DNA of 64,000 bases from Eledone cirrhosa (lineage: Eukaryota): the NCBI GenBank assembly GCA_964016885.1, contig OZ024743.1:54436001-54500000 (forward strand), in the 5' to 3' direction. The position numbers and the translations under genes were made by a program. This document shows, piece after piece, positions 14,031-27,257 of the stretch (its first letter is position 1; each line of letters begins with the position of its first letter). Below the pieces are notes generated by a model. That model was not told where the DNA came from. It did not search any database and was given only the letters and a program-made list of their open reading frames with translations.

Positions 14031-15364
14031 CTGTTACATATGGTGAAATCTTGTTACCAATAATTATTCGGTCTTGTCGCTTACCTTTGCCGATCATTCA
14101 GTACAAGGTACCACTCTCAGTTTGTTTGATGATGAAAATCGCACCTTATACTTAAGAATTGCAGAAATGTAACTAAGCTAAGAATTTTTAAAAATTATAA
14201 GTGTCGGTTCGACCTCTGTCGGTTTCAAATGGTTCGAACGATGGAACACGTCTGCTTGTGAAAGTAACGCGCCAAAGGCTGAGAGTTCCACAGACACACG
14301 TACATAACGCAATTATCAGGATGATTTAGCATGACAGGATGATTTAGCATGACAGTAATAATAGGAATGGAAATCGGTAATTTTTCTAGATTGTCTCCCT
14401 TGATTTAAAAAAAATAGAATTAGTCGTTTAGTTTATATATTGAGACCCCAACCGATCCTATTTATTTTATAACGTATGGGATTTCTAGTAATGTACTTTT
14501 TTTGTCATGTATTTTTGTCATGTATAAAGAAAATTGTCTGTTGCAGGAATGCTACCACTTTAAATATAGTTTCATCGGGACTAGAATAGCAACATTTTAT
14601 AAGCGCGGTTGAGTACGATTATTCGAGAACCGAGTGTATGTGGCAAGACTGTGTCTATCTTTGAATTGCAAGAACAAATTTTCTTTCCAGCTGAGTGGAC
14701 ACAACGTTCCAGGGGAAATCAAATTCATGATCTTACAACATTAGATTCGAAGATTAATAGCATTGTTGGGTAGAAATGTATTAAATTAAATAAACCACCA
14801 AACCAATTATGTTGGTGAGAGTTTATATTGTATAATGTTCGCTTGTTACGAGTCTACTGTTCATTTTCATAAATTTTGTACACGCTGATCTACAATGTAT
14901 ACGTCAGACAGAGAAGGAATTGAGATTTGAGCTCACAACCTAACTAACGATCGGGTGCTAAACACCCTAACCACTAAACCACACGCCTTCATTTTCTTCT
15001 TATTATATCTGTTGAGATAATAGATGTCTATTGTTTACTTGTCAAAATAACACTTAAGACTCGAGTGAAACAGGCAAAGACAAGAGTTATTTTCTATCTA
15101 TTCAACCTTTGTTTACTTCCGATAATTCACATGGAGGAGAAATTCACTAGCATTCTTCACGCGGTGTCATCTCAAGTGTGCGTTTCACTCGAAGCTATTA
15201 ACATGCCACCCATTCGCTTTACGTCAATTCTAAAGAATCATAACTATTCTGCCTGTCTCCCCCCCCCCCTCTCTGTGAGTAGCTCTCTCGCTCTCTCTAT
15301 CTATCTACATATATATCTACATATCTATCTACACACACACACACACATACAAATAAATATATAC

Positions 15365-15413
<49 letters not shown>

Positions 15414-15428
15414 AATATATATATATGG

Positions 15429-15515
<87 letters not shown>

Positions 15516-15558
15516 TATATATATGCATATATGTGTATATATATAAACATATGTATAC

Positions 15559-15661
<103 letters not shown>

Positions 15662-15907
15662 AAGCGAGAGAGAGAGAGAGAAACGTATACCAGAACCAAG
15701 GTTTTTAATTACAGACAATTCTGTGAGAGATGATCAAAAGGTTTAGAGAATATTTCACAGAAACATTTTCTATTCTTTCTCAAGCAAGGCGGGGAGCTAT
15801 GTTTAGCTTTAATTGGTTGCATGTGAACAGCAGTAAACAATTATCTTTTAAGCAAGGAGAGGGAGAAGGGGAGACAGAGAGGTAGACAGTGAGACAGAGA
15901 GAGTGAG

Positions 15908-15953
<46 letters not shown>

Positions 15954-15980
15954 GTATATATATATATGTATATATATCTA

Positions 15981-16080
<100 letters not shown>

Positions 16081-16320
16081 AAGAGAGAGAGAACTAAGTT
16101 TAGATTTGACAGATTACTCGTAAACAACGATAAACAATCACCCCTCAAGTTTAATATCGTAAACACAAATGTAGAAAAAGACATAAAACTCTAATTCTTT
16201 TGTGACAGAGAACTGACAATAAAACGAACAAATTTATAGTTGCCTTTGTTATTGCTGTTATTATAGTTATATTTTTGCTGCCGTTGTTTTTTATTGTTGA
16301 TGTTGTTGTTATTATTGCTA

Positions 16321-17016
16321 AGGCGATGGATCGGCAGTATTTGTTGAGCGTCGGACAACATGCTTTGTGCCATATAGTTACGTTATGAGTTCAAATCCGG
16401 CCGAGGTTAGCTTAGCCTTTCATCCTTACGGGGTCGATAAAATAAAGTACCAGTAATGAACTGGCCTCGATTTAATCGACTTTCATTTCCTCCCCATACT
16501 TGGTGGCCTTGTGCCTAAATCAGAAATTATTATTACTAGGCGGTGGATTGGCAGTATCGGTAGAGCGTCGGATAACAGGCCTTACGGCATATAGTTTCGT
16601 CCTATAACGTTCTGAGTTCAAATTACACCGAGGCTAGCTTTGCCTTTCATCCTCACGGGGTCGATAAAATAAATCACCAGTAACGCTCTGGGGTTGATTC
16701 ACTCGACTTTACCCTTCCCATTAAAATTGCTGTCCTTGTGCCTAAATCAGACAAATGTTATTATTTTTATTTCTATTATCATTATTCATATAAGGACTGT
16801 AGATTGACAGTATAGGTAGAAAGTCGGACAAAACGCTTTACGACCTAGAGTTACGTCCCTTTACATTCTGAGTTCAAATCCCGCCGAAGCTAGCTTTGCG
16901 TTTCATCCTCACGGGATCGATAAAACAAAGTACCAGTAACGCACTGGAGTTGATACAATCGACTTTACCCTTCCCTCAAAATTGCTGGCCTTGTGCCTAA
17001 ATCAGAAACCATTATT
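16321..17016 (+). mobile_element. Three head-to-tail SINE family 1 copies
   Basis: Three GAGTTCAAAT B-boxes and cores (~16388, ~16615, ~16870), each ending ..GCCTAAATCAGA..ATT. Confidence 0.9.
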
Positions 17017-17251
17017 CATGGAGATCATAATAGTGTAATAAATGTAATATTATGCTGTAAAAAAACAGCTAAACGAATGGAGGAGCATAAATATGCAAAG
17101 AGTAACACATTAAGTATTGTGTAATAAAAATACTACAGACAAATAACAGTTCGTAACACTGGAATTATATGTACGTGTATATATGTGTTTGTGTGTGTGT
17201 TTCTGTATGTGAGTCTGTACATGTGAATTAATGCCCCCTACATATATACTC

Positions 17252-17312
<61 letters not shown>

Positions 17313-18430
17313 TACATACATACATTCATATATACATACATATATACATACATATATACATACATATATACATACATATATACATACATATATACATAGG
17401 TACGTATGTATGTATGTATGTATATATGTATGTATGCATGTATGTATGTGAGTATGTATATATGTATGTATGTATATATATGTACGTATGTATGTATGTA
17501 TGTATGTATGCATGCTTGTATGTATGCTTGTATGTATGTATACATGCATGTATGTGCGTATTGTGTGTATATATGTATGAATTCATGTATGTGTGTGTGT
17601 GTGTGTTTGTGTGTGTGCAATGTATGTATTTATATATGTATATATATATATGTGTGTGTGTGTATGTATGTGTGTATGTATATATATATATGTATGCGTG
17701 TGTGTATGTGTATGTACGTATGTATGTATGTACGTCTGTATGTACGTACGTATGTATGTACGTACGTACGTATGTATGTATGTATGTATGTATGTATGTA
17801 TGTATGTACGTACGTACGTATGTATGTATGTATGTATGTATGTATGTATGTATGTATGTATGTATGTATGTATGTACGTATGTATGTATTTTGCACGACT
17901 GTCAACTATACGAATGGAATGTTAGTGTTATTCACTAGTGTTACAGTCAGTCAGATGGCAGTTCCGATTCGCTAATTTCCAGATGCTTACCAAAGGCGAA
18001 ATACATTTAAACAATGTTCACTAATAACAATAGCAAAATATAGCAAACAAACGCATCAAAATTAAGTAAAAATAAAACAGAATGCAAATTAAAAAGACAA
18101 AAATAAGTGTTAGGGAGTAAAAAAAATACGAAAAGGCAAATGTGACGACATCGCAATCAAAATAGTTGTCTAGTCAGAAGATAGGCGGCATCGTAATGGA
18201 ATCAAAAAATACAAAATGGCGGTAAAAGGAAATTACACAGAAAGAGGGGAAAATAAGCAACGCTATATAAACAAGAATAAGAACTATAATAACAACAACA
18301 AAAAGAACTAGAACTACAAAACAACGACGACATTTACTAGAAAAACAATATCAACAAGCAACCAGTACAATACTAGAGAATATCAAGAAAAAGAGGGTAT
18401 AATATATATAAGTATGTATATCTGCATATA

Positions 18431-18536
<106 letters not shown>

Positions 18537-18602
18537 TATATGTATACATGTATATATGTATATATGTATATATGTATATATTGTATATTATGTATATATA
18601 TA

Positions 18603-18697
18603 CAGGGTGTCCCCTAAAATGTATACACACTTCAACAGCATTCTATATATTGCTTCTACAGGTAATCAAAGTGTGTATAAATTTTTGGGACACCATG
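18603..18697. mobile_element. Tc1/mariner-type MITE
   Basis: TA|CAGGGTGTCCC..TATACACACTT ... AAGTGTGTATA..GGGACACC terminal inverted repeats inside (TA)n. Confidence 0.7.
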
Positions 18698-18702
18698 AGT
18701 GT

Positions 18703-18860
<158 letters not shown>

Positions 18861-19394
18861 TTATATATATTATACATACATACACTGGCACATATATGTG
18901 TGCGTGAGTGTGTATGTATAAACAGCCATGCATACACGAAGAGATGCTGACAACTTTGTCTGTTTATTCAAGCTGTTGCTATATTCACGTCGTTGTTTCG
19001 CAACTACAGAGCTCTTTATGACGGCTGACAATGTTACATTCATTAAAAATATACTGACTTCTCGTCTGATTAACTATGTTATAAAGACATGCCAGCAATG
19101 AGGAAATCATCAGTGGGATTGATCAGTTTGCTAGAAAACGAATTCATCTCTTGAGTAATCATCTAGACAAGAGACACTGGAATTATTCTCCTAATGCCAT
19201 GTACAGTTTCCTTAGTGTCAAACACAGACTTCGAAATCCGAATGTTTTAGTTGGAAAGTAAAATAACCATTGTGGTATTTCATTCAAGGCGTTTTAATGT
19301 TCTCAGATTGTAGTAAATAGTTGGCAGCATCATTACTGGTACCATAGTTGTAATTTACAGATACATGCATTTTGACAGACTCACACGCACATAC

Positions 19395-19583
19395 AATAAT
19401 TGTTTCTGCTTTAGGCACAAGGCCAGCAATTACTCAGTACATTACTCGTACTTTATTTTATCGACCCCGTAAGGATGAAAGGCAAAATTAACCTCGGCGG
19501 GATTTGAACTCAGACTGTAAAGGGACGTAGCTATGCTAGAAAGCATGGCGTCCGACCCTCTACCGATACTGCCAATTCACCGA
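19395..19583 (-). mobile_element. SINE family 1
   Basis: Reverse complement of the 20098-20285 copy. Confidence 0.88.
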
Positions 19584-19584
19584 G

Positions 19585-19696
<112 letters not shown>

Positions 19697-19704
19697 AAAT
19701 GCGT

Positions 19705-19746
<42 letters not shown>

Positions 19747-19835
19747 AAAAATTGAACGGGAACAAAACAGAGAGGCAGTACGAACAAAGGTTTATTAGTT
19801 TCACGCTCTTGAGAGTGGGGTGGTGTATATATATG

Positions 19836-19883
<48 letters not shown>

Positions 19884-20097
19884 TTTATATATATACACAT
19901 ATATATTTGATATTTGATATTGTCTATAACAAACACGCATTTTATTCTATTTTATTCATTTATTTATTTTTTTTTTTTACTTCTTCATTTTATTGTATCG
20001 TACCTTATTATTTTATTATTTATTTTATCTTATTTTTTTTATATTTTATTTCTTCATTTTACCTTATCTGATTCCATTATCTGTTTGGCACCCTCCA

Positions 20098-20285
20098 AGG
20101 ACGTGAATTGGCAGTATCGGTAGAGGGTTGGATGCCATGCTTTCTAGCATAGTTACGTCCCTTTACAGTCTAAGTTCAAATGCCGCCGAGGTTAACTTTG
20201 CTTTTCATCCTTACAGGGTCGATAAAATAAAGTACCAATAATGTACTGGTATTGCTGGCCTTGTGCCTAAAGTAGAAACAATTAT
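20098..20285 (+). mobile_element. SINE family 1 with 22-bp target-site duplication
   Basis: ATTATCTGTTTGGCACCCYCCA at 20076-20097 and 20281-20302. Confidence 0.92.
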
Positions 20286-20688
20286 CTGTTTGGCACCCCC
20301 CACCACGTGAAAGGGTTGTGGGATTGGTGCTAACCCACACACTCATTCTTCTAAAGACAGCAGCAGTAGAACTAAGGCTAACCTGCTAGCTGACCCCCTA
20401 ACAACAATAAACACCAGGGAGGAGGTCAGCTGTACTTAACAAAAACAACCACAACAGATTGTCTTGCCTCAGAAAAAAATTTCTATAGACTTTTGACTGA
20501 GGAATGTTATCACAACTGACCAATGGGAGGAGAGAGTATCCTGTGATGCCGAAATTCGTTTGTTCGAATTCATATGATTCCAGTTCCTCAGAGAAATAAC
20601 AACCCAAACAAGAGCTGGACATGTCGGAGTATTGACGGAGTAAAACACTTTAACAACATGTGTACCTGTCTCTACCACACCAATTCGA

Positions 20689-20743
20689 ACTGCCTGAAGA
20701 GGTCACAGCCAATGATGGCTGTCACCGAAATATGTATAGCAGT
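20689..20743 (+). ncRNA. Type-I hammerhead ribozyme in Penelope-like remnant (~20570-20897)
   Basis: actgc-CTGAAGA-ggt.acagcc/aatgat/ggctgt.acc-GAAA-tatgta-TA-gcagt. Confidence 0.85.
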
Positions 20744-21042
20744 ACATCTTTAATAAACGAAGTCAAATCTTTAATATTTGACTTAATTACTTTATTTTAC
20801 ATTACTCCGGAGTAACCAAACCAACCTGCGTACTTCGTCGAGTGCTCCAATTTGCATACTGAGGTATCGGTAAATAACCAACATATACTCAAAATTTACA
20901 CATATATATAACAATGAAAGTGTGGTAAGGAACCAGGTGGACCATAAGGCGCCAGAGTACTCGATAGTAGGCGTCCGGATCTAGCTGTCAAACGGCCGGA
21001 GCTCAGCCGTCGGGGTCCTGACTCTTTTCCTACACACACACA

Positions 21043-21163
<121 letters not shown>

Positions 21164-21379
21164 AATACAATTCGTCTCCTTATCAACTGCCTCTATTACA
21201 TAACACCCTATTACTTAAGATCCTGTCTGGCGACATCTTGTTAGTTGTGTGATTGTAGCATCACGTAATTATTAACACCACAGAAATGTATATTACAGTG
21301 GATTAGGCAATAAAATGAATTATGAATTTCTGCATCCTGCCTTCGCATTTTTATCATTAATGTACGTATAGATGTAGTT

Positions 21380-21612
21380 TCATGCATTTAACATCTATGT
21401 GCAACTATTGGTTTCGGGGTCCAATTATGGCCACCACTATATAGTGGAGGATGGTCAGTCAAAAGTACGGAAAACGATGTATTCGACTAAAGGAGTTTCC
21501 TTTTTCGTATTTTTGTCCGAGTGCCAGATGAGAGGCCAGTTGGGAAGAGTCTCCTCCACTATACAGTGGTGGCCATAATTGAACTCCGAAGCTAATCGTC
21601 GCACATACATGC
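21380..21612. repeat. Imperfect ~230-bp palindromic element (MITE-like)
   Basis: caattatggccaccactatatagtggagga ... tcctccactatacagtggtggccataattg inverted arms. Confidence 0.7.
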
Positions 21613-21749
21613 TAAGTGTATGAAACTTTATTTACACACTATATATATATACATATGTACATATATGCGTGTATATATATATGTATATATAAATATATAT
21701 ATATACATATGAAAATGTATGACCCCGACGGCAGAGCTCAAGCCATTTC

Positions 21750-21858
<109 letters not shown>

Positions 21859-21976
21859 GATATGATTCCAGTTCCTCAGTGAAATAACAACCCAACCAGG
21901 AACTGGGCATATCAGGGTATTAACAAAATTATACACCTCAACAACATATGTACTTGTCTATACCACACTAATTCGG

Positions 21977-22031
21977 ACTGCCTGAAGAGGTCACAGACAA
22001 AGATGGCTGTCACCGAAATATATATAGCAGT
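21977..22031 (+). ncRNA. Type-I hammerhead ribozyme, second copy of the 20689 family (element ~21861-22168)
   Basis: actgc-CTGAAGA-ggtcacag..ctgtcacc-GAAA-tatata-TA-gcagt. Confidence 0.88.
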
Positions 22032-22168
22032 AATAAACGAAGCTAAATTTTAAACATTTGACTTATTTATTTTACATTACTCCGGAGTAACCAAACCAAA
22101 ATGCGCACTTCGTCGAGTGCTCCAATCTGCATACTTAGGTGTTGGTATACAACTAACATATACTCAAA

Positions 22169-22224
<56 letters not shown>

Positions 22225-22347
22225 AACTTCAGTATGCAGAGTAGAGCACTCGAGGAAGTGCACATGTGGGTCTGTTTACTCCGGAGTATATTTATAAACA
22301 TGATGTATAAGTCAACAGGTTAAAATTAACTCCGTTTATTCATAGTC

Positions 22348-22406
22348 GCTGTTATATATATTTCGGTGATAACCGTTATGCAACAGCTATGACCTTATCA
22401 GGCAGC
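22348..22406 (-). ncRNA. Degenerate hammerhead (G8>A), diverged inverted copy (element ~22228-22570)
   Basis: gctgc-CTGATAA-ggtcatagc..gttatcacc-GAAA-tatata-TA-acagc. Confidence 0.65.
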
Positions 22407-23149
22407 TAGAATATTTGAACAGAAAAAAACCCCCAGAAAAACAAGATGAAATAAAACTTACTTCTGTTGTTTCGATTCATTGGTATGATCCGAGCTGAAT
22501 TTGGTGTTACTTTCTCAAGGCTCCGGTATAATATGATTTAGAATGAACGAACTTACAGCATCAATTGAAGTAACAACTTTTTATTATATGTATATATATG
22601 TGTGTGTATGTGTGGGGTGTGGTGGAGGTGGGTGTAACTTTATATTGTATTATTAATATAAAGCAAAAAAAAAAAAGGCAAGAGGATAAAATGCGAAAAA
22701 GAGAGGAAAGAAAGAATCAGGAAATAAATGTATGAACATTTTAAGTCAATGATTAATTCGTACCTAAATATGGAAAAAGAACAAATATTCAGTCTAAATA
22801 TTCATTTTCATCACTAAACTTGTGTTATAAATGACAATCGGATTTAACATCGACGTAAAGGAAAGTGAACAAAAGAAGAAAAGAAACTTTCTTGTCACCG
22901 GTTCAAAAAAGATTTATCAGAAATTGCTATTTCCAAAACTTCGAACGAACACAGATTATATTCAGAAGTACAGCTTTTGTAAAGACTGTCAGCATTAATT
23001 CATTAATTATAGGCCAATGAAAATTACATTCTATGCTTGAATTATATAAACTCCAAATATGTTATGCAAGTGAGCAAGTGTTTTTCTTATTTTCATTTCT
23101 GAAAGAATGTAAATGTCAATAGTACCATTAGTTAAAATAAGTTACAGCC

Positions 23150-23870
23150 AGTTACTGTAACATGTGTAAATTTATATACTGCATTCGCCTTATGAGTATG
23201 GGGCTGAGATTGGAAACGAGTAAGACGAAGTATCTGGTAGAGAACATCAAGGCACCAAAGAAGATTGTGAATGTGGGCTTGAAGCCGCCGGAGTTGGTTG
23301 AGGACTTTTTGTATCTGGGAGCGAGGATTAGAACACAGAGGAAGATGAAGTGGAATGGAAGAGCAAAGCATGGGCAGCGTGTCACCGTTTGAGGTCGGTG
23401 TGGAAGTTGGACCTTTATAAAGACCTGAAGATCCGTCTCTTCGTCGTTACAGTGGAGTCTGCACTGCTGTAAGTGTCTGAAACCTGGGCACTGACCAAGA
23501 GACTCACTTAGATAGTGGAGAGGTATTGCACGAGAATCCTGAGGATGGCTCTCAACATTAACGAGTACGCACTGAGGATGAAAACTCAAAGCTGTACGGG
23601 AGCCTTCCAAAAGTGAGCTTGAAAGCAACACAGAGGAGACTGAGGTTAGCTGGACATGTTCACCGACATTTAGAGCTGAGACAACACTCTGTGGTCCTGT
23701 GGGAGCCCATACACGGACACACTGGTAGAGGGACACTGAGGATAACATACGTTGATGTCCTAAGGATTGGGGTCTCCGGGAGACGCGGGACATAAAGCCG
23801 ATGATGAGGGACAGAGAGCGCTGGAGAGAACTCGTCCATGGATCCCGGGAATTCTACCCACTCTAATAAA
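23150..23870 (+). mobile_element. Decayed RTE-clade LINE 3' fragment
   Basis: GLRLETSKTK, VEDFLYLG, LKIRLF..VESALL..ETW, RRLRLAGH..R..VVLWEP motifs across frames. Confidence 0.8.
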
Positions 23871-24369
23871 AAGAAAATAATAAATTCCCCCTAAAATATT
23901 TTCCTTTAAGAAGGCAATCTCACGTATTCTCCAAATATTTGCTGATCTGTTATTTGTAGACATTCTAGTTATAGGTTGTCATTCTGGGATGATATATAAG
24001 TGGTGATGATATGTTCAATACTTATATTCGAATACACATTTAGTATTTTAGTTGCCATATTTAACTTAACTAATGGGTTTTTAAAATAGAATTGTATCAA
24101 CGTGTTTGGTAGAACTATCAATAAACATTTCCATTTTCTTATGGTTAGTAAAAGCTATATTATCAACTAAATTAGGTTTTTAGGAGTATGAAATGTTAAA
24201 TGTTTTTTTATTAATAAACCAATGCTATTTCTGCTTTAGGATGAATGGTGTAGCTACCTGAATAAAAAGCAAAGTCAAACTCAACCTGTGCGCGTATTTT
24301 TTATTGACAGCATGAATTTCCCAAAGTACACATGCACACAGATATGCACGCGCACGCGTACACAAGTGT

Positions 24370-25600
24370 ATTTAGGATAGTCCAGTCGTTTTATGCATAC
24401 GTGAAAGGTGTCGTTCATTTGGATGGCTCTTCTTCGGTGGCATTTAACATATGCAGCGGTGTGAAGCAGGGCTGTATGCTAGCCCCCACCCTGTTTAGCA
24501 TCATTTTCGGAGTCATGCTAAAATATGGATTTGGAGAGTAAACTGAAGGTGTCTACCGCTACACCAGATCAGACAGGAAGCTGTTTCGTCTGTCAAGGCT
24601 GAAAATGAAATCCAGGGTTCGTCAAGCACTCATCAGAGAAATGCTGTTTGTGGATGACACAGCATTGGCAGCGCACTCTGAGGAGCAAATGCAGCACCTC
24701 ATCAACATACTCTCGAGGGTCTGCAAGGAATCCAGCCTGACTATTAGTCTAAAGAAAACCAACGCACTGGGCCAAAGTGTCACGCACCAACCTATCATCA
24801 CCATCAACAACTATGAGCTGGAGATGGTCCACGAATACATCAACCTTGGCTCCACCATCATTGACAGCCTCTGTTTGGACCCCGAAATTAGCAGGAGAGT
24901 TGGGCGAGCAACCTCCACATTTGGCAGGCTAGCGAAATGTGTCTGGCAGAACAGAAAACTAACCAGAAACACCAAGATGTCTACAAAGCATGTGTCCTCA
25001 GCACGTGACTTTATGGCAGCGAGACATGGAGCCTCTACTCCAGAGAGGAGAGGCGTCTCAATGTCTTCCACCTTCGTAAGCTGAGATGCATTTTGGATAT
25101 CAAGTGGACCGACCGGGTCCCCAACACCCTGCTCAAATGACACCATCTGCGCTGGCTCGGTCACGTACATCGTGTTCCGGATGGGAGGATCCCAAAAGAC
25201 CCACTGTACGGGGAATTGGCCACCGGCACTAGAGCACGAAGATGACTTCATCTGCGTGTCAAAGACGTCTTCAGGGGGAATATGAAGTCAATAGACCTGA
25301 ACACCCAGAGATGAGAGGGGGATGCTAATGATCGCCCACGATGGAGACGAGTACTGCACAAAGGGGTTGGAAGCGAAACTGAAACTTGCCTCCGAAGAAA
25401 AGCGTGCTCGGGAAAAGAAGAACACGGTAGCAACGGAAGCGATCATCTACAAATGTAGTCACTATATATAGGACTTCCACTCTCGTGTGGGCCTGCACAA
25501 CCACAGTAGACACTGCTCTGCTATCAGCAACTGACATAACATTCTCCAGGCGCAGATCCATGGTCTCTCGAGACGATTGGATGCCAATAATATTAATAAT
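24370..25600 (+). mobile_element. Decayed RTE/BovB-like LINE 3' portion
   Basis: GVKQGCMLAPTLF, MLFVDDTAL, ISLKKT, YINLGSTI, PKD.LYGEL; 3' end with (TAA)-like tail. Confidence 0.9.
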
Positions 25601-25625
25601 ATCGCTCTCATCCTCTCTCTCTCCT

Positions 25626-25659
<34 letters not shown>

Positions 25660-26368
25660 TATATATAGGTTTTACATCCAAATATCACCAGTGTAAGACC
25701 ATATATATATTTCTACACTACATTACTTCCACCTTCACTACTACCTTCAATACCACCACCACCAACACTAATACCACAAAATTATCCCTGCAATTAGCAA
25801 CACTATTGCCATCCCGACCATCATCATCTTTACCACTCCCACCACCACCACCATCACAACAACAACAACAACAACACAAAGAACCACTACTCCCACTGCT
25901 ACACATATCTCCTACACTAAACCCACTAATACAATCTAAAGTAACACAACTATACGTTACTCCCAACACATACTAACTCTCAGGGTCACAACACCAGCGC
26001 TTCACCAATACTACACATACCTATACACACATATACGCATATAATATAGCCATACTCAGAAACATGCACATATATACACGCGTTTACACACATAGAGACA
26101 CACATACACGTACACACATACATACGCGCGCACTCATACACATGTAATACATACACATACAGACATCTACACGCCCACACATACATGCACACATATACAC
26201 ATGTATATGGAAAATACCCACCCCACACATACATGCTCCCATACACACACGTTTACACGCATACATACACACGTACACATGCACCCACACATACATACAC
26301 ACACATTCACACGAGCCACCGACACAAACACACACACACACACGCACGCACGCACGCACGCACACACG

Positions 26369-26411
<43 letters not shown>

Positions 26412-26674
26412 CACTATCAGCACCATCAATCAAACAACACAACGTGAGAGCAGGCATGAGAAGACATACATTTTTGCGTTCATCCTTTTCAACAGGTTCC
26501 TTCAAGGTTAATGGACTCACGAAAAATGTTGCCAACCATTCATGATTCATAAGCCAATGACACACTCTCTATACTTCGGATCATGTGCCCCTGAACAATG
26601 ATTCTATTGGTCAATTGATCATGATAGACCCAACCATGTGACATACTCTTTCTTCTATCTATCTCCCCCCCCTT

Positions 26675-26711
<37 letters not shown>

Positions 26712-26741
26712 GAAAAATATGGGAAGAAGGATACTGCGTGG

Positions 26742-26774
<33 letters not shown>

Positions 26775-27257
26775 TGTATGGATGGATGAATGGATGGATG
26801 TAAAATGTAAACAGAAATAACAACACAATCGTTACAGTATATGGAAGGAAATAATGAACAACTTAGGAAAATTAACAGAGGATAAGACAACGAACGAAAA
26901 CAAGGTAAAACGAAAAACAATTTTTTAAGGGGAACCTTAAAAAATTGTTTTTTAAGAAAATAAAAATACAAACGAAAGACACAGAACTCCAGGATCATTG
27001 ACCGTTGAGGTGGACATTGGCAGTTTCGACCCCTACCAACGGTACTTCTCATACACCCGGGATCACAGCGTCTGACACAAGCCAAACGCTGTCCAATGGA
27101 GTAAAAGACGAAAGGCAAAAGATTTATTTTTAGCAATTAAGCCACAACAAGTACACATAGAACTTATCTGACGTCAGGAAGACGTGTGGTGCTTCTTATA
27201 GCACGAAAGACTCGAAAATGGGTTTCATACATATATATGTATATATATATATATAAC

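Noticed and set aside
16321-16535. SINE heads as tRNA genes
   Set aside because: A/B boxes run into the SINE core and tail; no cloverleaf
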